A DNA stretch of 64,000 nucleotides from an uncultured Phycisphaerales bacterium. Lineage in GTDB: Bacteria > Planctomycetota > Phycisphaerae > Tepidisphaerales > Tepidisphaeraceae. Numbering within the stretch: position 1 is the first letter of the stretch; the number at the start of each line of letters is the position of its first letter. The notes beneath the pieces are model-generated. The model had not been told where the DNA came from. It made no database searches and saw only the letters and a program-made list of their open reading frames with translations. Of this stretch, positions 31,045 to 42,400 are shown in pieces. The position numbers and the translations under genes are program-made. The stretch covers positions 576,001 to 640,000 of the forward strand of contig CAVWLP010000002.1 in the NCBI GenBank assembly GCA_963755915.1. The letters are read 5' to 3'.

Positions 31045-32199
31045 TCAGGTAGTTTTGGAATCGCCTGTTTGAGTTGGAGGATTCGCTGAACCCGGTGTCC
31101 GACCGGCCGCGCTAGCGACAGTGGTGGTATTGCGGGTTGTGGCGGGAACCATGGATGTACTTGTAGCGCCTCCGGAACCGATCGCGCTGCTGATTCCTCG
31201 GACAACCGTCCGCTCCGTGGCCGCCACCGCCCGCGCCCCCGACACCACCAGTGAAGCCCCTTGCGTGGGTACTGCGGCCGCGGCCCTCGCTGCAAGCACC
31301 GTGGGACGGGATGTGGCGGCGCTAACGCTGGTGTTGTAGGCCACGGCCATCGTGTTGATGGATGTGCCGACACCGAGGGTCGGTCCGCCGATGATCATGT
31401 CGGTCGCCAATCGTGATGCGACCAGCGACAGAACCATCAGGAGTAACGCCGCCAGCGCAATGCAGAAGGCCTGATAGGTCGTGACGGTCTGACCCGCTGG
31501 AACCTGTAGCGATTGGAAGATGTTGTTTCCGACGCCCAGCACAAGGGTCAACACCATCAGCCGAACGCCGGATCCCACGACCCAGCCCAGGGGCCGCTCG
31601 GCGATGAACGCCGTCTTGGCGAGTACCGCGAATGGCACCAGCACGAACGCCGCTAGACTGCCGAATTTGAACGTCAGCAGCGCCACCACGACTTGAATCG
31701 TGATGACACAGAAGGCAGCCATGATCGCGGCTACAGCGATGGCGAGGAATAAAATCTCCGGAAAATTCTTGAAAAACGCCACCGGACCGGTCAGCCGCCC
31801 GATCTGGTCCATGAGCGGCTGCGCCGTGGTGTAACCCAGGTAAGCGATGTTTCCCGGCTGGGAGGTGTAGAAGCCGGCGCCGTCGAATCCGCCCGCCTTG
31901 AGACCCAGATTCATGAAGGACGACGCGAGTTTGTCGGTCAGCGACTGCCAGTTCTGGATAATCCAGGCGAAGAGCCCGATGTAGACGATCTTTCGGGCAA
32001 AGTGCGCGATCACATGGTCATCACTGAAGGCCCAGAGTGCGGCCGACCACATGATGCTCAGGATAATCAGCACGTTGAGCAGCCAGGTGACATCGCCTTG
32101 GATGAGGCCAAAACCGCTGTTGATCGCGTTGATGTACTGGTTGGCCACATCGTTGATCAGATCGGGGCCGTAATCCAGGGCCAGAATATTCATCGCCAT
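31045..32199 (-). CDS. trbL: TrbL (VirB6)
   Basis: INSGFGLIQGDV, LVPFA..KTAFIAERPLG; polytopic. Confidence 0.92.
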   Translation of the reverse strand: MAMNILALDYGPDLINDVANQYINAINSGFGLIQGDVTWLLNVLIILSIMWSAALWAFSDDHVIAHFARKIVYIGLFAWIIQNWQSLTDKLASSFMNLGLKAGGFDGAGFYTSQPGNIAYLGYTTAQPLMDQIGRLTGPVAFFKNFPEILFLAIAVAAIMAAFCVITIQVVVALLTFKFGSLAAFVLVPFAVLAKTAFIAERPLGWVVGSGVRLMVLTLVLGVGNNIFQSLQVPAGQTVTTYQAFCIALAALLLMVLSLVASRLATDMIIGGPTLGVGTSINTMAVAYNTSVSAATSRPTVLAARAAAAVPTQGASLVVSGARAVAATERTVVRGISSAIGSGGATSTSMVPATTRNTTTVASAAGRTPGSANPPTQTGDSKTT

Positions 32200-32245
32200 T
32201 GCGCTCACCTCCTTTGAGTCATCCGAAAACAAGTGAATTCAGTTC

Positions 32246-32980
32246 CTATTGGTTCGCGAGCGGGAAGGCGTTCACGAGTGACGAACTGGGCTGCTGGGGA
32301 TTAGTCCAGTCACCGCGGACGGCTTGGCGCTGCTGCAGGGCGTAAGCTTCTTCCGCCTGTTCCTCTGCATTTCTCTCGACTTCACCTCGGGCGTCGGTGA
32401 TTTCCTGGGCCTGAAGTGATTGAAGTTGCCCCACCAGCGTTCCTACTTCCTCATTGCCGGCCTGCACAGCGGCAGTGGCACCGGATGCGGAGTTGGAATG
32501 ATTCACGTAATCTTGAATTCGCTGGGCGGTGGGTTGCAGGTTCAGGTAGGTTTCGTTTTGGACAGTGCGGTTTTCCACCAAAACGCTTCGCTCTTCCTGA
32601 TCCCAGCCGGTTTCCATCGACTGATAATTTGCGTCCGTCATGCTCGCGTAGCTGCTCGGATCGTCGGGATACTGGCTGCTCAGCGCCGGTCCCGGATTGG
32701 AGGAGGAGTACGTTGTGCCGGCCTGTCCGAACACCTGCTGCCAGATGCCCATACTCTGCAGGATTCCGGGCAATTCGGTGAAGTTCCAGCTTTTCAGCAT
32801 CGCAAGCTGGTTCTGGACTTCCTCTTTGAATTGCTCGACGAGCCGGATGTCGTCCGTGACCTGGAGGACCGCTTCCACAAAGTTGGCTGGGTCAAAGACG
32901 ATTTCCGCGCGAGCGAACGAGGGCACCAAGATGGCCGCAGCCACCGCACCGATCAAAAGTTGTTTCTTGAAGCGTGTCAT
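32246..32980 (-). CDS. trbJ: TrbJ (VirB5-like), copy 2
   Basis: Signal peptide, IVFDPANF, SASGATAAVQAGNE. Confidence 0.85.
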   Translation of the reverse strand: MTRFKKQLLIGAVAAAILVPSFARAEIVFDPANFVEAVLQVTDDIRLVEQFKEEVQNQLAMLKSWNFTELPGILQSMGIWQQVFGQAGTTYSSSNPGPALSSQYPDDPSSYASMTDANYQSMETGWDQEERSVLVENRTVQNETYLNLQPTAQRIQDYVNHSNSASGATAAVQAGNEEVGTLVGQLQSLQAQEITDARGEVERNAEEQAEEAYALQQRQAVRGDWTNPQQPSSSLVNAFPLANQ

Positions 32981-33032
32981 GACAAATCTCCATTTGTTCA
33001 GGCTGTTTTCAATTCTGAATTGCTTATTCCGG

Positions 33033-33812
33033 TTAGTTGGAGAATGGATCGACGACCGTCTCTGTCGGCGGCGCCGGGTTGTCCCAGCCGCGCGGACCCG
33101 CTCACGTTCTGCCGCGGCGTACGACAATTCCGACTGCTGCTTGGCCAGACTTTCAGTTTTAAGCCGGGAGCGCACCGTCTTCAGGGCCTCAAGTTTGACC
33201 AGTTCCCCCGATGCCACCGCAAGCAAGTCGTTGTGGGCCTGGATCGCGGAGGTTTCGCCGGAGGCTGAGTTGGATGCATCGACGATTCCCTGCACCTGCT
33301 GCGCAGTTGTCGTCATATCCTGGTAGTCTTGGTTTTCCAGTTGCCGGTTCTCCACCACGGCTTGGCGCTGGTCATCCGTCCAGGTCGATTCATCCGACTG
33401 GTACTGATCCCACGTGACATTGCTCATATCGGCGGGAAACCGAGAATCAAGCTGGCTGGCCGGATCGAGTGTGCTGTAGAGACTGGAGTCCAGTTGCCCT
33501 TCCATACCGGAAATGATTCCGGCAATGTTCGGCACGACATTGAGATTCAGGTGTTCCAGTTCCTTGACCTCGTTTTCGACCTGCTGGATAGCCTGGTCGA
33601 TTTCATCACCCAGGCACAACGTCCAAAATGTGTTCGACGAGCGACAAAGGATCGAGAACAATCGAGGCAAGAAAACCGGCTGACGCGGGACGGACAGGCC
33701 CAAGCAACATTGCAGCGCCAACCGCCAGCACGATGAGTGCGATTGCGCTACGCCGTGAGGATTTTGGCTTCGGAGTTGTTGCCGCTGACAATGTTATTTT
33801 CAGGTTGCTCAT
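33033..33812 (-). CDS. trbJ: TrbJ (VirB5-like), copy 1, frameshifted
   Basis: Signal peptide, IVLDPLSL, SASGETSAIQAHND; reconstructed end GWDNPAPPTETVVDPFSN*. Confidence 0.8.
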
Positions 33813-36273
33813 GACTGTTCCTTTCACAATCGAATTTGCTCACACGCTCGGACCAGCGCACCAGACCCCGCTCCTGTAGGTACGCAGCGTCAAACTGCTC
33901 TGGCCCGTGCTCCTTGAGGACTTTGGTGATGCGCACTTGATCCTGTGGCGATCCCGCTGCGCAGAATGCCAGCGCGAGCTCGCCTAGACCCAGCTCAAAG
34001 AGCCTGTTCCCGTCCCGACTCTGGTAGTAATAATCCCGCTTGGGGACGGCCTGCTGGAGGATTTGCAGTTGCCGTTCGTTGAGGCCGAACGACTCGTAAA
34101 CCTTTCGTGTACGCTCCTCCATCGCGTTGCCGTTGGGCAGGAAGATGCGCGTGGGGCAGTTCTCGATGATCGCCGGGGCGATAGCGCTTTCGGCGATATC
34201 CGAGAGACTCTGCGTGGCGAAGATAACCGCCACGTTCTTCTTTCGGAGAACCTTTAGCCACTCCCGGATCTTGGCGGCAAAGAGGGATTCGGTCAGATAC
34301 AGCCACGCCTCATCCAGAATCATCAGGGTGGGAGAGCCGTCGAACCGCTTTTCCAAACGCCGGAACAGATACGTCAGCACCGGCAGAAGCGCCGAGCGGC
34401 TGTGCATCAGGTGTTCCATCTCAAACGCCTGCCAGCGGGAGATGCGCTGGCCCTCACGCTCCGTCAGTGTGTCCTCGTTCGCGTCCAGTAAACGTCCATG
34501 CGGACCGTCGAGGGTGTAGCTGCGCAACGCCTGGCGCACATCCGCATCCTGGATCACGCCCAGCAACGTGCTGAGGGTGCGCTGATATCGGGGCATGGAA
34601 GCGAGATTGGTCAGCGCCGTCCAAAGCTCCTGCTTTGTCGCCGGCGTCACCTGGGCTTTTTCGCGGTGCAGCAGGTCCGCCACCCAGTCCTGCGCCCAGA
34701 CGAGTTCCGATTCATCTTCAATCCCCGCGAGAGGCTGGAAGCAAATCTCTTCCCCTTCCCCGGCCAGATCGTAAAAGTCGCCACCCATCGCCAGAGTCAT
34801 GGCGCGGCAACTGGCGCCCTTGTCAAAGATGTAAACTCGCGCATTCGGATATCGCAGCCATTGACACGATAGCAGGTTCAAGAGCGTGGATTTTCCAGCG
34901 CCGGTGGGACCGGCCACGATCGTGTGGCCGACATCGCCCTGGTGCAGCGAGAGTCGAAACGGCGTTGAACCCTTGGTGCGCGTGACCAGCAGTGGCGGAC
35001 CTTCCAAATGGGCACATCGCGCCGGCCCCGACCAGACAGCGCTCAGCGGCACCAGGTCGCAAACATTCAGTGAGGAGATCAGCGGGCGTCGCACATCGGC
35101 ATAGGCATGACCGGGCAGACCTCCCATCCACGCCTGTACCGCGTTGAAGTCTTCGATTTCGGAAATGAGACCCACTCCATCCACGACCTGCTGAACCGCG
35201 CGGGCTTTTTCAGTCGCGGTTTGCTCGTTTTCATCCCAAACCGTGAGCGTGAGGGTAAAACCCCCGAATGAGCAGTGATCGCCGCCGAGTTCCTGGAGTG
35301 CATCGTCTACATCCTGGGCCTTGTTCAAGCTGTCGGAATCTTCCAGCTTGCTTTCCTGTTTGGTGATCGCCTCCTTGAGCAGAGTCACCATTCCCTTGCG
35401 CTTGGAGAACCATTGGCGGCGGAGTTTGTTCAGGTAGCGCGTGGCGTCCGCCTTGTCCATCGGCAGATACCGGCAGACCCAGCGGTACTCGATCGGGAGT
35501 TCATTCAGACGGTCGAGCAGGCACGGGAGCGTGCGGTTGACATACGCGCGGATCGAGACGGTCTTGAGAAAGAGACGGCCGAGGCGCGGCGATAGCCCAC
35601 CGGATAGAGCCCGGTCGGTGATCATTTCATCCAGATAGAACGGAACATCCGGTACCGCGACGCTCAGCCGCCGATCCGAGATGCACGAGTGCAGGTAGGT
35701 CAGTATCTCGCCGTCGTCTAAAGGATGGACTTCAGGCATGAACGATGACATCAGATTGACGATTTGTTCGACTTGGCCCAGGAAGTGATCGAAATGGGCG
35801 CGATACGAGACCTGTCCGTCCTCATTGCTATTGGGCCGTTCGATGAACAGATCGCCAAGCCGTGTCATGCTTTCGGCCGGCGGCAGATAGGTGAAGGTGA
35901 TGAAGCACTGGCTTTCAAAGTGCTGGCTATCCGCCGCAAAGGAGTCCCGGCGTTCCCGATCAATCATTGCCGCGATCGCGCTGGGAAACTCGCTTCCCGG
36001 ATAGACATGGGCCAACCGCCTTGCGGCCTCCATATGCACGCACCAGTGAGAACCCAGGCGACGCAGGACGTTGTTCATCCTCGCCCGCGCGGCAACCAGT
36101 TCGTGTGGCGTGGAGCTATCCAGGTCCGGACCGCGGAAGGCGACCGTTTTCTGCAGGCTCCCGTCCTTGTTGAGCACAACGCCGGGCCCGATGAGGGTCG
36201 CCCACGGCAGATGGTCAGCGAGGCGCTGAGGATGTTTGCGGTATTCACCAAGGTTCCACATGAGACGTCTCAT
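33748..36273 (-). CDS. trbE: TrbE (VirB4) ATPase
   Basis: LADHLPWA, FRGPDLDS, GPTGAGKS, ILDEAW, REWLKVLRKKN. Confidence 0.96.
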   Translation of the reverse strand: MRRLMWNLGEYRKHPQRLADHLPWATLIGPGVVLNKDGSLQKTVAFRGPDLDSSTPHELVAARARMNNVLRRLGSHWCVHMEAARRLAHVYPGSEFPSAIAAMIDRERRDSFAADSQHFESQCFITFTYLPPAESMTRLGDLFIERPNSNEDGQVSYRAHFDHFLGQVEQIVNLMSSFMPEVHPLDDGEILTYLHSCISDRRLSVAVPDVPFYLDEMITDRALSGGLSPRLGRLFLKTVSIRAYVNRTLPCLLDRLNELPIEYRWVCRYLPMDKADATRYLNKLRRQWFSKRKGMVTLLKEAITKQESKLEDSDSLNKAQDVDDALQELGGDHCSFGGFTLTLTVWDENEQTATEKARAVQQVVDGVGLISEIEDFNAVQAWMGGLPGHAYADVRRPLISSLNVCDLVPLSAVWSGPARCAHLEGPPLLVTRTKGSTPFRLSLHQGDVGHTIVAGPTGAGKSTLLNLLSCQWLRYPNARVYIFDKGASCRAMTLAMGGDFYDLAGEGEEICFQPLAGIEDESELVWAQDWVADLLHREKAQVTPATKQELWTALTNLASMPRYQRTLSTLLGVIQDADVRQALRSYTLDGPHGRLLDANEDTLTEREGQRISRWQAFEMEHLMHSRSALLPVLTYLFRRLEKRFDGSPTLMILDEAWLYLTESLFAAKIREWLKVLRKKNVAVIFATQSLSDIAESAIAPAIIENCPTRIFLPNGNAMEERTRKVYESFGLNERQLQILQQAVPKRDYYYQSRDGNRLFELGLGELALAFCAAGSPQDQVRITKVLKEHGPEQFDAAYLQERGLVRWSERVSKFDCERNSHEQPENNIVSGNNSEAKILTA

Positions 36274-36567
36274 TCAATTCAGGAGATCCAAATGCGTTGG
36301 CTGGCGGACATGGCGGCGGAAGATGTCAAACCAGTGCGGATCGCGCTTGCTCATCAGCACCGCTGTCGCGTGCATCGCCGCACCGGCTGGAAATCCCAGC
36401 CACCACAGGTGCAGGCCCATTCCGACGACCAGGGCCAGCGTGCCGTTGAGAATCGCAAAGGTCCGCGGCGCGCCGCCCATTAGGATCGGCTGCGTCAGTG
36501 CCACGTGCAGTGGCACCTCATAACCTTGGATTTCCTCTGGTCGCTCAGAAGTCCATAGCCTTACCAC
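36274..36567 (-). CDS. trbD: TrbD (VirB3)
   Basis: PLHVALTQPILMGGAPR, KRDP. Confidence 0.9.
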   Translation of the reverse strand: MVRLWTSERPEEIQGYEVPLHVALTQPILMGGAPRTFAILNGTLALVVGMGLHLWWLGFPAGAAMHATAVLMSKRDPHWFDIFRRHVRQPTHLDLLN

Positions 36568-36926
36568 CCAGCGCCGCCGTCAAAACCGAAGAACGTCACG
36601 CCGAAGCTCGTGGCCGTCACGGCAATGGACACGCCCAGGAGCAAGCCCAGGATGCGCCGCAGTCCTCCGCCTTCACTAAACGCGAAGCCGAAGCCGAGCA
36701 CCACGATGGCCAGGATGCATAGTGCCTTGGCCACCGGACCCGTGAAGCTCGCCAGGATTTGGTTCAATGGGCCTTCCCACGGTAGTGGCTGGCCACCATT
36801 GGCAGCGGCTGCGCGGGCCGTGTTCGGAATCGCCACGGAAATTGCGGTGCCGACGAGGGTCGGCACTAGCAGAGAAGATCGACTCAGAATTCGGCCTTTC
36901 ATGGGATTACTCCTTTTGTTGTTCAC
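36561..36926 (-). CDS. trbC: TrbC pilin (VirB2)
   Basis: LPWEGPLNQILASFTGPVAK, FGFDGGA. Confidence 0.92.
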   Translation of the reverse strand: MNNKRSNPMKGRILSRSSLLVPTLVGTAISVAIPNTARAAAANGGQPLPWEGPLNQILASFTGPVAKALCILAIVVLGFGFAFSEGGGLRRILGLLLGVSIAVTATSFGVTFFGFDGGAGW

Positions 36927-37430
36927 TACTGAATGGCATTGACTAATGCGATGCCTTATTCGGTATGGACAATACCGTACACATGCCGAACATCCGAGTC
37001 AAGCAAAATGTTCGCAGTTTGTTTGGGTCAGATTGAATTTCCTGAGTAGGCAGAAATATTTACCTCGCGCGGCGGGGAGAGGAACTTCAATGGGTGGTGG
37101 CAATCCAATGCGTCACGCGGGACATGTCGATTAGGATATTGCCGCTCCCATTGGCAGAGATAGTGCTGCTTAAGATTTGGGAATCCCACTACTCGCCGCG
37201 TAGCTAAATCGAATCGGAGTCGCGCTTGGGGGAGAGAATCGAAAAAACGTGAGACTTTGAGACTGCTGCGTCTAACCTTTGGGAATTGATGTACTTCTGT
37301 CTCGGATTTTAGCCTCAACCGTCCAAAGTGATGGGACTGTTGCCATGGAAGCGATAGGAGAAAGATTGAAAACCACAGACAACTAAAGCCCCGCTGATCG
37401 AGACAGCGAACCGACTGAGCCCAGCGCGAT

Positions 37431-37682
37431 CTATTCCTCGTCGTGCGATCCCGCACCGATTCGCTGGCGATGCATTTGGGCCATCGCGGCACGTTCTTCC
37501 GCGCCCGCATCTAACCAGTGCAGTATCAGGGCCTCAATTACCCTTTTGGGATTTGACAAGTGCTGCGCGCAGTCGTCTTCAAAAGCAGCGAAGGTTTTGC
37601 TATCGAAACGATACGTCCGCTGGATCGTCTTGGGGTGTGGTTCCGGCTTCGACGTGCCGCGAGTCGAACGGGGGCTGGCCAT
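37431..37682 (-). CDS. Small RHH-like protein
   Basis: QRTYRFDSKTFAAFEDDC...KRVIEALILHWL pattern. Confidence 0.5.
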   Translation of the reverse strand: MASPRSTRGTSKPEPHPKTIQRTYRFDSKTFAAFEDDCAQHLSNPKRVIEALILHWLDAGAEERAAMAQMHRQRIGAGSHDEE

Positions 37683-38110
37683 AGTTTAAACATTCTATTG
37701 CAAATACGATGGTATGCAAGATACCAAACAAACAATTTGAAGTTATTCGGGAAGAAACGGCTATGCGTATTCACCCGGCTTACAACAGCATCCATGCTGC
37801 GCTACAACACGTTTTGCCCACTGTAACCGGGTTTTCACGGCATTTTGTATCGAGCATGTGACCCAATCTATACGAATATCCGCGCCTCACGATGGTCGAT
37901 CGCCATCAGTAAATGCATGCCAACCGCTGTGGAAGGTGGCATAGCCGGACCGACGGTCCGTTTCTACTATTAAAAATGTCAAAGTATGGTGATCCCAATT
38001 GCCTGCTGGTTTCGGAAGGCGCCACCCCCAGAAAATGTTCGTTGTGAATAGATTTGACATTCGGCCATCATCTGGTTGAAATTCATCCACTTTTTGGACG
38101 ATAATCAACC

Positions 38111-39379
38111 ATGGCTCAACTTTCCCGCCATCTTGCCGGTCCCGTCCTGGCATCCCTCAAGGACAGTCCAGTCGTGTTCATTCAAGGCGCTCGGCAAACG
38201 GGTAAGAGCACCCTTGCCCAATCGCTTGCGGCGCTTGGGCATCCAGCTCGTTATCTTACGCTGGATGATGCCGCGACACTTGCCGCAGCCCAGGGCGATC
38301 CCCAGGGATTCGTCGCGGGCCTGAACGGTCCCGTGATCCTTGATGAAGTCCAACGAGCCGGCGGCCTTGCGCTGGCAATTAAGTCGGCTGTCGATGCTCA
38401 TCGAACACCGGGGCAATTCCTGTTAACCGGCTCTGCCAACGTTCTGTTGTTGCCCAAACTATCGGAGTCGTTGGCCGGCCGCATTGAAATTCATACTCTC
38501 TGGCCACTGTCGCAAGGTGAAATGGCCAAGGATCAGGACAACTTCATTGATGCCGTTTTCAAGAGCCGCTTTGTCGCTGACGATGTCAAAGGCGAAGGTT
38601 GGCAAAAGCTTGTCGAACGACTGGTTCAGGGGGGTTATCCGGAAATGCTCCAGCGCACTGATGCTCAGCGCCGCAGGGCATGGTTTGGCTCATATATCAC
38701 AACCATCCTCCAAAGAGACGTGCGCGATATCTCGAATATCCGCGACCTTGCCGATCTACCCCGACTCTTGACCTTGGTGGCCTCTCGCACAGCATCGCTA
38801 CTCGATTACGCGGACCTCTCGCGCAGCCTGGCAATGCCGCAAACCACGCTCAAGCGATACATGGGACTTTTGCAAGCGACGTTTCTCATTCAAATGCTTC
38901 CGGCGTGGTTTACCAATATCGGCAAACGGTTGGTCAAATCGCCCAAGTCGCTTTTGAACGACACCGGGTTGTTAGTCCACTTGCTCGGCGCCGACAGTGA
39001 TCGGCTGCGCAACGATCCAACGCTCGGTGGCAATGTGCTCGAAAACTTCGTAGCGATGGAATTGCTAAAACAGCGCGGCTGGTCCAAGTTGCAACCCAAT
39101 CTTTTCCACTTCCGAACCCACAACGGCGATGAAGTCGATCTTGTCCTTGAAGATCCGTCTGGCCGTATCGTGGGTATCGAGGTTAAGGCCTCGGCTTCCG
39201 TCAATGCCGGGAATTTTAAGGGACTGAAAGCGCTTGCGGATGCGACCGGTGATCGATTCCAGCGCGGCATTGTGCTCTACGCCGGAAACTCGGCGGTGCC
39301 ATTCGGCAAAAATCTACTGGGCGCTACCGATGCCATCCCTTTGGGAACAATACGAACAAACACACAAATAACCAGTTGA
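38111..39379 (+). CDS. AAA_14 ATPase with DUF4143 C-terminus
   Basis: GARQTGKST, ILDEVQ, LLTGSA, ESLAGR, GGYPE, EVDL..IEVK. Confidence 0.92.
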   Translation: MAQLSRHLAGPVLASLKDSPVVFIQGARQTGKSTLAQSLAALGHPARYLTLDDAATLAAAQGDPQGFVAGLNGPVILDEVQRAGGLALAIKSAVDAHRTPGQFLLTGSANVLLLPKLSESLAGRIEIHTLWPLSQGEMAKDQDNFIDAVFKSRFVADDVKGEGWQKLVERLVQGGYPEMLQRTDAQRRRAWFGSYITTILQRDVRDISNIRDLADLPRLLTLVASRTASLLDYADLSRSLAMPQTTLKRYMGLLQATFLIQMLPAWFTNIGKRLVKSPKSLLNDTGLLVHLLGADSDRLRNDPTLGGNVLENFVAMELLKQRGWSKLQPNLFHFRTHNGDEVDLVLEDPSGRIVGIEVKASASVNAGNFKGLKALADATGDRFQRGIVLYAGNSAVPFGKNLLGATDAIPLGTIRTNTQITS

Positions 39380-39437
39380 GCTTACTCACTCTGAGCTTCC
39401 TGGCTATCAACCTTTTGCAAGTTGTCAAGCACCGTAA

Positions 39438-42400
39438 TCAGCCAACCTTGCCCCAACAACGATTCTTGCGGCGTAACACGGGCCGATAAGACGCGTCGGC
39501 GGAGGCAGCCTCCGTTTCCGTAATCCCGAGCTTGTGCATTTGCTCTCTAAGTTCTTGTATCTTTCGCAGGTCTTGTAAAACGGCCCTGTCCTGCGGCGTG
39601 GATTGTTGCGCTGTGATGTACCGTGCGAATTCCGCGGCGTTCACTTCTTGCTTCGCGCCGTTTCCACGGAATCTGCCGATAGACGATGCGAGTTCATCCT
39701 TGATCTCCTGGGTTCGGCTGCTGCCATCCGCATGGAAGAACACGGGCCGATAGTATCGCTGAAGTGTCAATCTCAATCGGTCCGCGTCGAGCCGGGCGAG
39801 GGTGATCGGCCGATTGGTTTGGTCGTGCCGAGTCGGAAGGTCATTGAAAATGACGATTCCATCGAGCCGGTCCTGAAAATCCTGGTCTCTTGTATCCTGT
39901 GAATCGACGCCCAATTCCTGCGAATCCTGAGGCTCGGGCAATGACGGCCGAGGCGAAATCACGGGAGGCGGCGCCGACTGAGCCACGAGCGCGATTCCCG
40001 AACCGGCCCGTTCGACATGAGATACCGACGGCGCGGGATGGTTAAAGATCGTGTCAGGTCCAAGAATCAGTTCACCAGTGGGATCGAGTGTTTCGTTGCC
40101 CAGGAGGTTGAATACGAGGGCCTCCACGAACAGACTCTGGTATCCGCGTAATGTCCCCGCCGGCAACGCAGTTGTCGCCCCATTGAACGTCACATCCCGC
40201 GCTTCAAGCTCGACATTGGTGTGCGAAAATTGAGTAATTCCCGGAGCGTTCACTGTTAAGCGATTGAGCGAGACGTTTGCTCCAATATCTCCATTAATCG
40301 CCGCATTGCCCGTGGAGACGAGCCTAAGATTTGCGGTGTCCGCAATCTCACCGTTGATCGGTCCGACTGAGAGGATCGCACCCGGGGTCTGTGTCTTAAG
40401 GGTAATGCTGACTGCGGGAACGAGTGCAGGACTGTCGATGGTAAGATTGCCGGACGTGTTGATGTTGGCCCCTAGCGTTACTTCGCCAATGCCGTTGACC
40501 GTCAGACTTGCCAGCGGAGTTGATCCACCGACGACTCCGTTGAACAGCTTGTTGTCGGCACTGGTAATCGTCAGATTGGAGTTGCCGTCCAGGGTGCTTT
40601 GGAACAAAACGCCGCTGCCGCTGAGGGTTTGAGTCGAAGCGCCGAGCGTAACGGCCGTGTCATAATTTTGTGCGCCGCTTGTCGTGACATTTCCATCCAA
40701 CGCTACAATGCCTGCACCGTTTGTTGTGAGGCTCGCCAGAGGAACCTTTGCGCCGACAGCATGATCAAAAGCCATCGCGCCGCCGGTCTGCACCGTCAGG
40801 CCGAACGGCCCATCCACCGTTGACGCGATATCAATTGCTCCAGTGCCGGAAGTCAGTTTCGTATTCGCGCCGAGTGTCACCGCGCCGTCCAACGAAATCG
40901 CGCCGGAGCCGTTGGTGGAAAACGCGCCTTCCACCGTCACTGGAGCGGTGACCGACCAGGAAGCGGCCGTCACCGGCGACGTGGTGCCCGCGCTGTTGAT
41001 CAGCGTAATCTGCTTGTTGATCGACACCGCATCCGAATACGTTCCCGGATCAACATGCAAATCGCCATTGGCGGTCACCAGCATAACGCCGTCGTCGATT
41101 CTTGCCGTGCCTTCCACTCGTACTGTCGTATCGGCCGATGTGCCAATCAATGTTCCGATGGAAACCGGAGCATGCAGCACGATCTCCGGCGCACCAACCG
41201 TTAACGCTGATGGTCCGGTCACGGTCGAATCAAATGTCATGGTGCCGGCGGATGATGTCAGCGTCTGGGGAGATGCGCCCAGCATTACGGCATCCTGATA
41301 CGTCTGGTTTCCGCTCGTCGTCATGTTTGCATCAATCGTGACGCCGTCGCCGCTGGTCGTGACGTTCGTCAATGGCGTTATTCCACCGACGGTCTGGGCG
41401 AATGTAGTTGATCCGCCGCTGTTAACGGTCAAGCCAAACGGCCCATCCACCGTATTGTGGAAGTCGATCGATCCACCACTGGAGACAAAGGTCATATTCG
41501 TTCCCAGCGTCACGGGATCGCCATAGCTCTGGTTCCCGGTGGTATCTATGGACGCGGTCAAAATCTTCGTCGTTTCCCCCGGATGATTCTGATTATCCGT
41601 AGTCAGGCTTGCCAGTGGAGTCGATCCGCCCACCGCCGCGTCGAATTCCGTAACGCCTCCCGTATTGATCGTGAGGGCCGATGCGCCGTTCACCGTTGAA
41701 GTAAACTGGACGTTTCCATCCCCCGTACTTGTCAGGACCGCATCGTGCGGCAATGTCACGGCATCGCCGTAGCTTTGCGGCCGGTGGTCGTCACGTTGGC
41801 CTCAAGCGTTGTTGCGCCGGCTCCGCTCGTTGTGATGCTCGCCATGGCCGAGGTTCCACCGACCGCGCCTTCCAATGTCTTACCGCCCGATGCGCTTAAC
41901 GTCAGATTCGATCCGCCATTGATCGTTCCCTGAAATGTGACGCTGCCACCACTGAGCGTCTGGGCTGTTCCTCCCAAATCGACGGGTCCGCCAAAATCCT
42001 GTGCTCCGGTTGTCGTCACGTTCGCGTCCAGGATCGTCGCACCGGTGCCGGCCGTTGTCAGGCTCGCCAGCGCCGTGGAGCCGCCAACGCTTGCATCGAA
42101 TGTCTTGTTGCCGTTGCTGTCGATTGTCAGATTTGAACCTCCATCCAGCGTCCCTTGGAACGTGATGTTGCCGCCGCTGATCGTCTGCAATGATCCTCCG
42201 AGCGTTACCGCTTCGCCATAGGTTTGCGCTCCCGTCGTCGTCACATTTCCGTCGAGAGCCGTGTCGCCGACTCCGGACGTTGTCAGACTCGCCAGCGCGA
42301 CAGAACCACCCACATTTTGATCGAATGTCTTGGCTCCGGCGCTGCTGACGGCAAGGTTTGAATTGCCATCCACGGCTCCCTGGAAGACCACACTGCCGCC

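Noticed and set aside
32246-33721. 491-aa ORF that looks like a double-length TrbJ
   Set aside because: Resolves into two genes with their own stop (33033), RBS and signal peptide once frameshifts are accounted for
39438-40100. CDI toxin-immunity module
   Set aside because: No pre-toxin VENN motif, no recognisable toxin motif and no immunity ORF; the next gene is convergent
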